Source: Azolla caroliniana
Taxonomy: Eukaryota; Plantae; Polypodiophyta
Length of the DNA stretch: 64,000 nucleotides
Assembly (NCBI GenBank): GCA_043228905.1
Contig: JBHGNT010000004.1
Coordinates: 11,842,001 to 11,906,000 of the forward strand
Direction of reading: 5' to 3'
Shown here: in pieces, positions 52,001 to 64,000 of the stretch
Layout of the letters: every line of letters starts with the position of its first letter
Position numbering within the stretch: the first letter of the stretch is position 1
Position numbers and translations under genes: made by a program
The notes under the pieces: model-generated
The model's input: only the letters and a program-made list of their open reading frames with translations
Told to the model about the DNA's origin: nothing
The model's database searches: none

Positions 52001-54761
52001 TTGAGCAAGGACGCAAAACCAGTGGCACAAAGACGGTACCGGATGAATCCCAATTATGCCGCCAAAGTCAAGGAGGAAATCGACAAACTACTAAGAGTTG
52101 GCTTTATCCGTCCGGTAAAGAAAGCGACATGGCTGAGCCCCATCGTAGTCGTACCGAAGAAGAATGGAAAAATTTGAGTTTGTGTGGACTACCGGAAACT
52201 CAACGCAGCTACGGTAACGGATGCGTTCCACTTCCGTTCACAGATGGAGTGTTGGATGCCGTCGCCGGCCATGAGGTCTATAGTTTCCTAGACGGATTCA
52301 ACGGGTATAATCAAATCCGGATGCACCCCGACGACCAAGAGAAAACGGCTTTCGTCACCGAATGGGGGGTGTTTGTGGCTGTGGTGATGATGTTCGGACT
52401 CAAAACGGCACCAGCAACATTTCAACGAATCATCATGGAAATCTTCGGTGAATATATTCCGGCTTTTATAAGGTTTTCCTTGAGAATTTCGCCGTCTATA
52501 GCCGGGAGGAGGACCATTTTCAACACCTCCGCCTTTGTCTTGAAAATTGTAGAGCGTACCGGCTAAGCTGGAATCCGGCAAAATGTGTATTGGGCATGTC
52601 CAGTGGAACTCTATTAGGACATATTGTGAGCCAAGAAGGTATTGCAGTCAACCCGGACAAAGTGAAAGCCATATTAGAAGCACCGGCGCCGGGAACGGCA
52701 AAGGCATTAAACCGGTTCTTAGGCCAAATCCGGTGGCACAGCCGGATGCTCCGATACTTGGCCGACCTGGCTACACCGTTGCATGCCACCGTACATCGGA
52801 CACCATTCTAGTGGACCGACACCGAGGATAGGGCATATAGGGCCCTCAAGGTACTATTGTCGTAGGCACCGGTAGTGCAGCCTCCGGATTGGAGTAAAGA
52901 ATTTCACGTGTTCGTGGACGCCTCCGACATCGCAATCGGAAGCGTACTTATGCAGCTTACGGAGCCAAAATGGTACCGGCCAATGTACTATGCTAGCCAG
53001 AAGCTATCCCAAGCAGAACGGAACTACTCTACCACGGAACGAGAAGCTCTAGGGATGATCTACAGTGTGACAAAGTTTCGGCATTATTTATTGGGAAGGA
53101 AGTTTTCCTTCCATGTAGATCATTCAACACTCCTTTACCTGGTGTCCAAAGCGTCACTCACCGGCAAATTGGCCCGGTGGACCTTACTGTTACAGGAGTT
53201 CGAGTTTGAAATATTCCACTGACCCGGTATACAACATGCCGTGGCGGATTACTTAAGCCGATTAGAGTCCGGAGAGACGGGTGACGGAGTAGTGGATGAG
53301 TTTCCGGATGCGGAGCTGTTTTGAGTCACTACGGAGACGGCAGCAGATGAGACGGTGGCACAGGAAGACAAATGGCTCACAAATATGCACCAGTTTCTGA
53401 GCAAAGGACTGCCTCCGGAAGAGATGAACCAGGACGAACGGAAACGCCTGGCGGTGCAAAGCCGACATTTCTGCTTACTGCAAGACACACTGTACCACAA
53501 GGGCGCGGACGGCATATGGAGACGGGCGGTGCGCAACGATGAAAAGGAACTGATACTGAGGGAAGCCCACAGCGGAGTTGCCGGAGGTCAGTATGCCGGA
53601 GATGCGACGGCCAGGAAAATATGGCAAAGTGGCCTATGGTGGCCAACGACATTAAGAGATGCGGTACGATATGCAAAAGAATGTGACCTATGCCAAAGAA
53701 TGGGCCAGCCAACGGAGCAGGCTCGTATGCCACACCAGCCGGTACTACCACTCGAGCCATTCCAGAAGTGGGGGCTGGACTTTGTGGGACCGTTCAAACC
53801 ACCGGCAATGAGAACGGGTAATCGATACGTCATCGTTGCGACGGATTACTGCACGAAATGGGTGGAGGCCAAAGCATTAAGGGACAACACCGCTGCGTCA
53901 ACGGCGAAGTTTCTATATGAGCACATCTGGTGCCGTTACGGATGCCCAATTGAATTAATAAGCGACCAAGGGGGGCACTTTCTCGGCCAAGTAGTGGAAA
54001 GCCTGTCGACATTCTATGCCGTTGTCCACAAACAGAGCACACCTTACTATCCACAAGCGAACGGTTTAGCGGAATCAACGAACAAGACACTCCAGAATAT
54101 CCTCCGGAAGATTGTCAACGAAAACCGAACGGATTGGGATACAAAGCTACATAGCGCGCTTTGGGCATACCGGACGGCATACAAGACGAGCATCCGAACA
54201 ACACCGTTTCGGTTAGCGTTCGGACTAGAGGCGGTAATGCCGGTGGAATTCCAAGTACCTAGCTTACGGATCCAGCTACGGGAACGGCTGAAAGAGAAGG
54301 AGTCGAAGGCAATACGGTTGACAGCGTTGTGTGAACTCGAGGAACAACGACTGGTCAACATCCTGCCTTTAGAATTGGAGCAACGGCGACGGAAAGCATT
54401 TGTCGACCGGCACAGGAAAGGAAACGAAAAAATGTTCGCAATCGGCAAACCGGTGTTAGTATTTCAGACCCGGATGGGCAAGATGCCGGGTAAACTACGG
54501 TTTAGATGGACCGGACCGTATTGGCTAACACGGGAGTATAATGGCTCCTACCAGTCAGGGACACTTGCCGGCGAAGTGCTAGGCAAATGGGTCAACGGAT
54601 TCCGGTTGAAGCCATATAGAGGACCGATGCCTAAGAACCCATTTGAGCAAAGGACCGACACCAGTGAGGGAAACGGCAACCACCAAGACGGTAGAGAAGG
54701 CAAGCCGGTAACTGGGGAAAATGAGGCCAATAAGGGTCCGAGAGGACCAACGGACAAGTAA
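49016..54761 (+). pseudogene. E gag-pol: gag with three zinc knuckles, PR (IDGGS), RT, RH, IN
   Basis: Gag and PR/RT are in the same frame (48929.. and 50762..). CTTCLNSGHSALEC, CVICQSKSHTTDRC, CYYCRQEGHYSNQC. IN has HHCC and WGLDF..SDQG..E. Scattered stops. Confidence 0.9.
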
Positions 54762-55130
54762 CGTCACACTAAATTAAATTATTGTTAAAAAAAAAAAAAC
54801 AATCATGCAAAAGCGAGGAATGAATGGATGAAAGAGCGAGGAGCGAAAAGGTACGTAGTGGGCATTTAAAGCGCCACCACAGGACATAATGCTATTTTAG
54901 TACATGACATGCACACACTCGAAAAAGGCGCCAGAATGCACAGACAAAAACCACTGCGCGTAGAGACCCTTTACTTTCGCGAACCCAGGAGCACAGAAGC
55001 ACCAAGACGCTGCAAGATCATCAGACGAGAACCTGCGCACAGAGAACCCCCGCCTTCTGAACTCTCTCTCTCTCAACCTCACTCTCATCACCATCCAACC
55101 TCGCCACCGCAATCCGACCTCGACACAGAA

Positions 55131-57906
55131 ATGGACCCGCAAACGCTGTCGGAAGCCGCCAAGACATGGCTAAAGCAACATGGGCTCGAGGGCTTCTTGA
55201 TGATGATGGAAGTACCGCCACACAAAGAAGCCGACAAAGTGATCAAAGAAATCGACACAGAGGTCATAACGGCAGAGGCAATTCGAGCGTTAACAGGCCT
55301 TCCGGAGGGAGGCATACTCACGATCGACAATCCAACCCCGGAGAAACTCATCAGGTATTTTGGTGAGTACTCTCTAGCCAGCAAGGGCTACCAGATACAG
55401 GGCGGCGGAGATATGTTGTTCCGCGAGATTGCTCGTGTGCTCCACGAATACGGCCACGTGTACCCTAGACCCCCTGTCATGCCGCAGAACCAGGCAGGGA
55501 TGATCATCGCCACCTATGAAGGGATCAAGGTGGATTGGCCAGTATTGATCGCAGACGAGTTGTGTGTGGCAATCGAGATCGTCAGAGGCAAAGACGGCAA
55601 AGAAGGTCGAGACGGACGGAGGATATGGCACGCCGTAACGCAGTGGCTCACCTTGCTTGTGCCACCCGTCCAGCCCGTCCAGCCCAAGAAGCGAGGAAGA
55701 GTGGCGGACGGCACCCCAAAGACGGCTTCCAAACGACAACAGTTGTTGGCCTCTAAGGCCAGTAAGGGAAAGGCGGCGGATGCAGAATAGGCGGTAGCCG
55801 GAAGCGGCCAACGGAGGCGCAAGAGGAACCACCGGCACGGCCCGTAAAGGTTACACTCTACCGATCGGTGAATAAAGAAGCGGACCCCTTGGCGGCAAAA
55901 CTCAATGCCGAGGCTCAGGAAGAGGAAATAGAGGAGGAGCCTACGGAGCACCTCCAGCAACGGTCGTCAGCAAGGACCGTTGAGGCAGCCGGGAAACGTT
56001 CGGACCCTCAGACGGAGGGAACACCGGCTCCCCATACTGAGACTCCCACGCCAAGGAAGGAACCGGAACCGGTGCGCATGGCACCGGAATCAGAAGCCCC
56101 GGCACCACCGGCAACTCCGGCAACTCCCATCCCGCCAGAGCCGGAAAGGTCAATGCAGTCTCCCTCGGCCAGCCAAGAAGAAGCGCAAGGGGAATCAGGA
56201 CAGCAGGTGGTCCACGGGCAGAAACGGAACTGCAACTCGGCGCAACCAGGCGGGACCACCCATCTACAAGTGAGCCCATCTGTCAAACCTCTGTGCAAGC
56301 ACAACAAGGCACCGGTATCCTATGGCTCCGGTGGATAGGCGAACAGATAGCCGGAGCAGTGGGGTACATTGAGGCGGAAGAAAGAGCGCAAAGCGAACGG
56401 TTGCTCGTCACAACCGAACAACTAGAGACGGCCCGGTCCAGAATCCGGTGCCTTGAAAAAGACTTGGATTAGGTCACGATAGAGATGGCCAAAATGGCCT
56501 TAACGGCAACACAGATCCAATCACCGGTGACTCTGGTAAGTGTACAGAATAAAGAAACGAATCGACCTGTACATAGCAATAAGACCCCGACAACAGAAAC
56601 CGTTCCGGCGAGAGATGCGGCGCAAGCCCAGGAGCTTGCGGAATTGAGAGATGAACTTGCCGCACAAGAAGCGCTAAGGAGACGCGAATGAGAATTGAAG
56701 ACAGCGGCCGAAGCCGAATTAAAGAAGACTGCTGAGAACCTCCGCCGGGTAGAGGAGAGCCTCCGGAAAGGCCATCAAGCGTACGACTGGCTAAAGGAGG
56801 AGAAAGACAAAGTGCTGCAGGAAAAGGACAAGCTACGGAAAACGGCAGAAACAGAGATTGAACGGCTAAAGGAAGAGCTCCGCCAGCAGAAGGACCGCGA
56901 GGACCGGGCCCGTCGACAGATCAACGCACGGCTCAAGCAAAAGACAGATGATTTTGAGCACCTGCACCGGGACTACAAACGGCTGGAAACGGAGCATAAG
57001 GAACGGATGGCCGAGCTCCAGCAGGAAGTTGATCGGGCCGCGACGGCGATCGCCGACGAACGTGCGGAAAATACAAGATGCTTGGACAAGGCGGAGAAGG
57101 TCCGGATGGAGCTCCAGAGGTAGCAGCAGGAAGATAAAGAGAGAGCGTCAACAGTATTGCAGAAATTACAAAGCACATATCAAAGGCAATTGACGCATTA
57201 CAAGGCGCAGGCGGAAGATAACGTAAAAATCATCAAGGAACTGAAGGAGGAACGGCAAGAGGCGGAAACCAAATCGCAATTGGGAACGAGTCGGATTCAG
57301 TCCATCCTCCGGGCATGGCGGAATCAGACAAAACACTTGATTGATGAAAGTTCCGTAAAATGGTGGACAAAGTGGGCACAAAACGCGGCGGAACTCCAGT
57401 TGCTACGGGCAGACGTGGCAAACCGGCGGAAGGAAGGATATGATTGTTATACGTTGACTTCCGAGGACTTCACCGCCATACGGGACGAGCTGGCCGACGA
57501 CTTCCAAGTCCTGGTGGATGAACAGCTGGCGCTGGTCAGGCAGCTCGTAGTTCAACTAGACGATGATAGGCTGGACACTCAAATCCAGTTTGAAAGCTAC
57601 GAGCGGTCCCGACTTCGGGAAGAAAAAGCACGGGAAGCGGCAACGGATAACCTTAGTGATGAGGAACCATCGCCGACTGAGGGCCAGCCGGGAACCAATC
57701 AACCGGAGACCACTACGACGAAGGGAGCAACAACGGAGACGTCGGTGTCAGGGCAACAAATGGAGGAGCAGCCGCAGCAGCCACCAACGGACCCGCCGCA
57801 ACAGACATCAACAGAGCAACAACAACAACAACAACAACAACCACTTCCAGATGAACCATTGGAGCCTCTCGAACAAAGCATTCTGGATATTTTGGATGAA
57901 GAATAG
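55131..57906 (+). pseudogene. E extra ORF (about 900 codons): globular N-domain, Pro/Glu-rich linker, long coiled coil, Q-rich tail
   Basis: ORF pieces 54909-55790, 55868-56338, 56485-56691, 56695-57123 and 57157-57906 lie between IN and the 3' LTR. The C-terminal end is homologous to F's remnant. Confidence 0.75.
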
Positions 57907-60782
57907 CAAGGGTTGGTTGTGGATTCGACGTACAAGGTACTGTCCCACGGGCGTGCCATGTGTTACCGGCCGGCAAAGGAGTCCAGAGTGGGAAACGGAG
58001 AGTTATTTAAGTAGTAGGAATGTGGTTGTAATTAAGCTATGAGTGTGGACGGACGGACCGGAATCGGTATGCCGTTCCAGATCCAGACTGATCCCGAACA
58101 GGTGCGGATGGCACCGTTTTGTAATACAGACCGGAAACCTATTTAAAGGCCTGGATACAATGTAATGAATGGCGGTTAATTAATGAAAGCTTAGCGTTGT
58201 TATCTCTCTGTGTTAATTGCCGTTCTGTCTTAATTGTTATATCTTACACGTGTGATTATGAAAGATGATCATGCTTAGTAACTTAATTAAGTCGGAGTAA
58301 GCGTTGAGTCTAATCCGGTTGCCATAACACCCTTTGGTGAAGTGTCTTCCGTAGACACCCTGTGTTAGGCCATTGTCCGGCCCTAAGAGTTAACAAGACA
58401 GATTGTCTCCCAATTCTCGGAATGGTCTCGGGATGTGCGACCCCAGATCTTGTTATGCTAAGGTGGATCGCCTACATCAAGTCTTTAAACCCAGAGATCC
58501 GTCACATTGCAGGGAAAAAGAACGCCATGGCTGACATGCTGTCGAGGGCAAGATTTTCAAATGGAAGTAACATGGTTTCGGAAGATGAAGATGTCGCCCT
58601 CGACTTCTTCAAGATGGCTCGATTGTCGGCGGAAGACCAGGACACGCAAACCCTCCACGCCTTCAACGAGAACGAGTACGAAGGAGAGTGGTTACTCATC
58701 GGTAGATTCCTAAGAACATTGACGACAGATGCTTTGTTGACAAAGGAGGAGGCCCTACGAATCCGAAAGAAAGCTTACCGATACTTCTTGAAGGGAGGAT
58801 TCCTTTGGCGACATCCAAAAAGAAGGACAGGAATACCACGTTGAGTGGTGGTAAAGAAAGAAGAGCAAGAGACACTGATGACTGAATTCCACGAGAGTGC
58901 TTGGGCAGGTCATAGAGGAACATGGGTGACGTTCGAAAAGTTGAAGGAGAAGTATTGGTGGCCAAGCATGTACAAAGATGTACTCCATTTCATGTCCACA
59001 TGCGAAACTTGCCAAATATATTCAAATATACGTCATCGTGATGAGTTACAGCCGACATACCCACCAACCATACACTTCAAATGGATGGTGGATCTGGTCT
59101 CGATGCCAATGGGAGTGGGACAAATGAAGTACTTAGCGCTGGCAAGGGAAGACTTGACAAATCAAGTGGAAGGACGAGCCTTGACAAATAAGACGACTTC
59201 AACCGTTTGTAAATTTCTGCTTGAAGAGGTTGTTTGCTGATATGGATGTGTAGGAAAGATAGTGGCCGACCGAGGGGTGTTGGATGCGCACGAAGCGACG
59301 GAGCTCTTCGAAAGACTAGGCGTGAAGCTCTCCCTCACGACTACCTACAATCTGGAAGCGAATGGGAAGATCGAGCGAGGGCATGGACCTATCGTTAAAG
59401 CCATCGTACGGGCATGCAACGGTCAAGTCGGGAATTGGCCACGACTATTACCCTATGCCTTGTGGGCCGATAGAACAACACATAGCTCGGTGACAGGGTA
59501 TATGCCGACGGAGCTTATGTATGGACAAAAGCTGATTATGCCCATCGAAAGGACGATCGCCTCATGGGTAGCGATACCGTGGGAGAACGAGATGAGCCGA
59601 GAAGAGTTATTAGTGGCGCGGATAAGGCAACTTGAAAGAAGACCTGAAGATTTAGAAAAAGCACGAAAGATGATGGAGGCAGCCCGAGTAAAGAACAAAG
59701 TTCGGTTCGACAACATGCATCGACTTCGTCCCAAGAAGATTGAAGAAGGGGATTGGGTTTTGGTTTACGACAACACCCTTGACAATCAACACAGTACAAC
59801 AAGGAAGTTTGCAAGAAGATGGTTCGGGCCGTATGTGGTGACAAGTGCCAACGATAATGCCACATACCACCTTGCGGAACTAGACGGATCAAGGTTGGCC
59901 GTACCCATTGCGGGAAAAAGAGTAAAGATTTTCAAGAAAAGACAAGACAAGGATCTTGACCTCGATCACCTCGACGATGAACATAATAGGGCGAATGTAA
60001 ATGAAGACATGGAGGAATCTAATTGATCACCGTAGCTGAAATCTCACTTTCTCTCTTCTTGGCACGTACCGGAGGATGTGCGGTTTGGTGGGGGTGGATG
60101 TCGTGAAGATTTTCGGCAATAGTGTGAAAATCCCATAAAACGTACAAAATCAAGTATGAATCACATAATACAATAATTGTGAAGATAACATTTTAAATAA
60201 ATTTAAGTACAAAATGATGGAGGTTTCGAATGCACTTTATTACACGAGAAACAGACAACTAAATGTCAAGATATGAGGGTATAAAGTTTGTGAAAGGAAA
60301 AGAGAAAATTGTGAGATATCCCACATAGGCACGACAAATATGGTTCTCATCATATATAAGGTAGAGCAAAAGATATTATCTTTGTGTCTATGTGTGGAGC
60401 ATAGAGAGTTCAAGGTAACTTGAACTAAGAGTGGAGGTGGGCTAGCTACTCGTAAAGGGTTTTGGCCAACCAAAACCGGACCGGCGATGGAGCCGGTGAT
60501 CCGGCGCCAGTGAGACACCGACATCCCACGGCAATCCGGTGCCAGTGAGACACCAGCATCCAGCGGCAATCCGTCGATGGTGAGGCACCGGTAACCGACG
60601 ACATCCGGTGACGGCGAGGCGGCGGCATCCAGCGCCGGTGAGACGACGGCATCCGGCAAGGCACCGATAACCGACAACATCCGACAAACCGATGACTAGA
60701 TGAATAAATATATAAATATATATACATATACAAGGAGGGCAAGTAAAGATTCGAACCTTGCACCTCCGAGTTAGGAGTCAAT

Positions 60783-63700
60783 TGGATGGTGAAGAGTACC
60801 CGGCAAGAGCCGGATGGTGAAGGCCCGGTGAGAAGTGCTCACCGGATGAAGGGACATATTCGTAAATATGTTTTTTGAGAGTCCATCTGGGCTATATTTG
60901 TAAATAGCCGAAAAGTCATATTAGTATAAATATGACTTAGGGCAAACTTAGTGGTGTAGTAGTTGTCATTCTTGTTAGTGCAAGATTTGAGTGCGTAACT
61001 GTGTACAGAGAGAGAGAGAGAGAGGAAGAGGTCATTGCCCCTGTTGAAACCGCCGCCTGTGGCGAAGATAGCAAGCTTGAGGTCATTGCCTCGGTGCTTT
61101 ACTATTGTACATTGTTGATATAGTGATAGTTTGCAGTCTGTGGGCTGCCGTAGTTTTTCCCTAGTTTGGGTTTTCCACGTTAACATCTTGTGTACTCTTC
61201 TCTTTACTGTGTCGTGCATTCATTACCCGTTTTCTATGTTTGATCCTAGCCTCGGTTCTGGCAGAGCGTTGTGCTTAGGGAGCGTGTATTTCTATCAAAG
61301 TGGTATCAGAGCGAAACGACACAAAAAACTGGATGATTCATTGGGAGGCATGTTCAAGCTCACCGGCTCCAACTATTCGGTGTGGAAGTCGAAGATGAGG
61401 GACATGCTCGTGGTTAAAGATCTTTGGTTGTCGGTTCAGTTCGGGGACAAGAGATCGGACAAAATCGACGCCACGATATGGGAGGTGATGCACATGAAGA
61501 CAACGGCGTACATACAGTGCTTCATCAACATGAATCTATACAACAACTTCAATGAAGAGAGCAAGGCTCATGAGCTCTGGGAGAAGATTGGCATTATGTT
61601 TCAAAACAAAAATGTTGTTAATCAGGTTTCGGTATTTCGGAAGCTAGTAAGACTCCGGTACCAAGATGGCTCCAACATGGCGGAGCACATGAATGCCTTC
61701 CAGGGGCTGATCCACCAGGCAACATCATTGGAAGTACCTCTCGCCGATGAGGTACTAGCGCTCCTCCTGCTCGGTTCCCTCCCAGATAGCTGGGAGACGT
61801 TGGTTGTCACTTTGGGCAACGCCGGGTCGGAAGGGAAATGGTTATCCCTACCAAGAGTGAAGTCGAGCTTGCTAGATGAGGAGGTGCGTCCGAAAGATAA
61901 GGATACGAGCTCCGACTCCAAAGCGCTCCTTACCGAATCGGAATGCGGAAGACAAAGGAACCGTAGCCCCCAGAACCGGGAAAAGTCAGGGACACGGTCA
62001 AAGTCAAGGGGGAGGCCTACTTGCTTCTATTGCGGCAAGCCGGGACACTTCCAGAAGAACTGTCGGCACTTCTGAAAAGACAAGGAAACTGACGGTACCA
62101 ATTCGAAGCGGACACCGGACCGGAATGGTAAAGACCGGAGGGGGCCGGACCGAAAGGGAACGACGGCAATCGCGGCAAGTGAAGAAGAGTTGATGCTCAT
62201 CACCGAGGAGAGTGAGCTAAACCTTGTCGGCGATGAGATGACCTGGGTGGTCGACTCCGGAGCGTCGTTCCACCTTACCCCGGACCGGAAATGCTTCTCA
62301 TCCTACTCAGCCGGTGATCACGGCTGTGTCCGGATGGGGAATGAAGGTACATGCCGAATTCTCGGCATAGGAGACGTGTGGTTGACAACACCAACCGCAT
62401 GCAAGCTGCTGCTGAAGGATGTCCGACACGTTCCAAACGTTCGTCTGAACCTGATATCAGCCGATCGGCTAGATGATGAAGGCTACGCGGGTAGCATCCG
62501 GAACGGTGTTATGAAGTTCAGCAAAGGGAGCCTGATTGTGGCTTGGGCCCGGAAGGTCAACACATTGTACCTGATGAATGCCTGGTTATGCCCGGAAGAA
62601 GTGAACGTGGCATCCGACACTGCCGGTGAGCTGTGGCACAAGAGGCTGTGTCACATGAGCGAGAAGGGGATGAAGAGGCTTGCAGAAGACAACCTCATTC
62701 CAGTGAAGAACGTGCACTTGGAGAAGTGCACTGATTGTCTGGCCAGTAAACAAAACCGGACCTCCTTCCGATAGAGGCCACTGGAGTTGGTGCATACTGA
62801 TGTATGTCAAGTGGACACGAAGTCACATGCCGGATCGCAGTACTTTGTGATGTTCATAGATGACCACAGCCGGAAGTTGTGTGCCACACCGTTGAAGACG
62901 AAGGATCAGGTGTTATCCGTCTTCAAAGAGCTCCACGCGAGAGTGGAAAGAGAAACTGGCCGGAAGCTGAAGGCGGTTCGAGCAGATAACAGAGGTGAAT
63001 ATCAGGGGCAGTTCAAGGAGTACTGTCGCTCGAAGGGAATCCGGCTCGAATTTACCGTGCCGAAGACGCCGGAACTAAACGGGCCGGCCGAGAGGATGAA
63101 CCGGACCATAATGGAGAGGGTCCGGAGTATGCTGGCGCATGCGAAATTACCCAAGACGTTTTGGGCTGAGGTGCTGTCGACAACGACGTATGTGATAAAC
63201 AGATCACCCTCAGTGCCCTTGGATGGAGATACACCGCAGAAGGTGTGGACCGGGAAGGAAGTGTCCTACCGGCATCTGAAGGTGTTCGGGTATCTCGTGT
63301 ACGTGCATGTTGCTAAGGACCGGAGAGGAAAGTTGGATCCAAAGACCTGGCCATGCATATTCCTCGGATACGGCGATGATGAGTTCGGCTACCGAGTGTG
63401 GGATCCGGTTGCCAAGAAGGCTTTCTGGAGTCGAGATATTATCTTCATGGAGGACAAGACTTTTGCCGACTGGGAGTTGGAGAAGAAGATAATGAACTCC
63501 GATGAGATTCGGACACACCCGGCTAAGAGCCGGTTGACACTCGAGGAACCAGACAGTTACGGTGAGGATACCGAACTGGCAGAAGAAGAAGTAGAGGAAG
63601 CTAAAACCGGAACCGGCCAAGACCCCGAATCGGATTCGGATGAAGATCAAATAGTGGAGCCGGTTGCCGAAGGCCAAAGACGGAGATATCCTCTCAGAGA

Positions 63701-64000
63701 GAGAAAGGCCCCCCGAAGATTTCCGGATTCAGAGCATGTGTTGTTGACCGATGAGGGAGAGCCGGAAAGCTTCGAAGAAGCGAAGGATGACACCCACAAC
63801 CGCAAATGGTTAAGTGCCATGCAGGATGAGATGGATTCCCTGCATCAAATAGTGGAGCCGGTTGCCGAAGGCCAAAGACGGAGATATCCTCTCAGAGAGA
63901 GAAAGGCCCCCCGAAGATTTCCGGATTCAGAGCATGTGTTGTTGACCGATGAGGGAGAGCCGGAAAGCTTCGAAGAAGCGAAGGATGACACCCACAACCG
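60783..64000 (+). mobile_element. Ty1/copia element 'G' inserted in D's 3' LTR (runs off the window)
   Basis: LTR about 60783-61297. PBS TGGTATCAGAGC at 61301-61312. Gag (KLTGSNYSVWK, CFYCGKPGHFQKNC), PR (WVVDSGASFH), GAG-pre-integrase (LWHKRLCH), IN core and RT start. Confidence 0.93.
63646..64000 (+). repeat. 198-bp-period perfect tandem duplication in G pol
   Basis: ATCAAATAGTGGAGCCGGTTGCCG.. occurs at 63646 and again at 63844. Confidence 0.9.

Larger units (their letters stand above)
48528..58395 (+). mobile_element. Full-length Ty3/gypsy element 'E' with a large 3' extra ORF
   Basis: 435-bp LTRs 48528-48962 and 57961-58395 (TGTTA..TAACA, about 16 transitions). TSD AGACA (48523-48527 / 58396-58400). 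PBS TGGCGACCAC (tRNA-Arg type) at about 48970. Confidence 0.96.
46659..60026 (+). pseudogene. D pol (RT-RH-IN), interrupted by E at 48528-58395
   Basis: ORFs 46734-47210, 47262-47522 and 47553-48527 resume as TDCLPILG at 58396, followed by IN ORFs 58845-60026. Confidence 0.88.
43269..60785 (+). mobile_element. Ty3/gypsy non-chromovirus element 'D' (same family as A), hosting E and G
   Basis: 5' LTR 43269-44403 (TGTCG..CGACA). tRNA-Trp PBS. Gag with CVWCDSMDHMRRDC, PR (IDHGS), RT (FLDD), RH split by E, IN to 60026. PPT GGTGGGGGTGGA. 3' LTR from 60099, interrupted at about 60785. Confidence 0.95.

Noticed and set aside
44740-57976. Numerous antisense and alternate-frame ORFs over D and E
   Set aside because: Shadow ORFs of GC-rich gag/pol sequence with no recognisable motifs.

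Overview
This is eukaryotic land-plant nuclear DNA, probably from a non-seed plant such as a fern (inferred from the retroelement types). A two-gene island lies between two stacks of nested, decayed LTR retrotransposons. The island holds a 12-exon phosphoethanolamine N-methyltransferase gene (PEAMT, 13389-17197, +) with its conserved-peptide uORF, and a convergent 2-exon gamma-carbonic-anhydrase-like complex I subunit gene (23095-25460, -). Left stack: gypsy element A (1-11062) carries chromovirus B and two solo LTRs. Right stack: gypsy F (-) hosts copia H (containing chromovirus C and a solo LTR), a polyA retroposed insert, and gypsy D. D in turn hosts gypsy E (with a large extra ORF) and copia G. 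Most notable signals: (1) E and F have no polypurine tract and instead carry a sense copy of a tRNA-Arg 3' end (..GCCA) exactly 2 nt before the 3' LTR, an inverted PBS suggesting tRNA-primed plus-strand synthesis. (2) tRNA-like Pol III A/B-box modules with 43-44 nt spacing occur in the U3 of five different LTRs. (3) Both chromoviruses have Tf1-like self-priming PBSs that covary with their LTRs. (4) One gypsy family makes 4-bp CpG-centred TSDs. (5) Conserved -1 frameshift pseudoknots are present. All coordinates were read by hand and no database searches were run.
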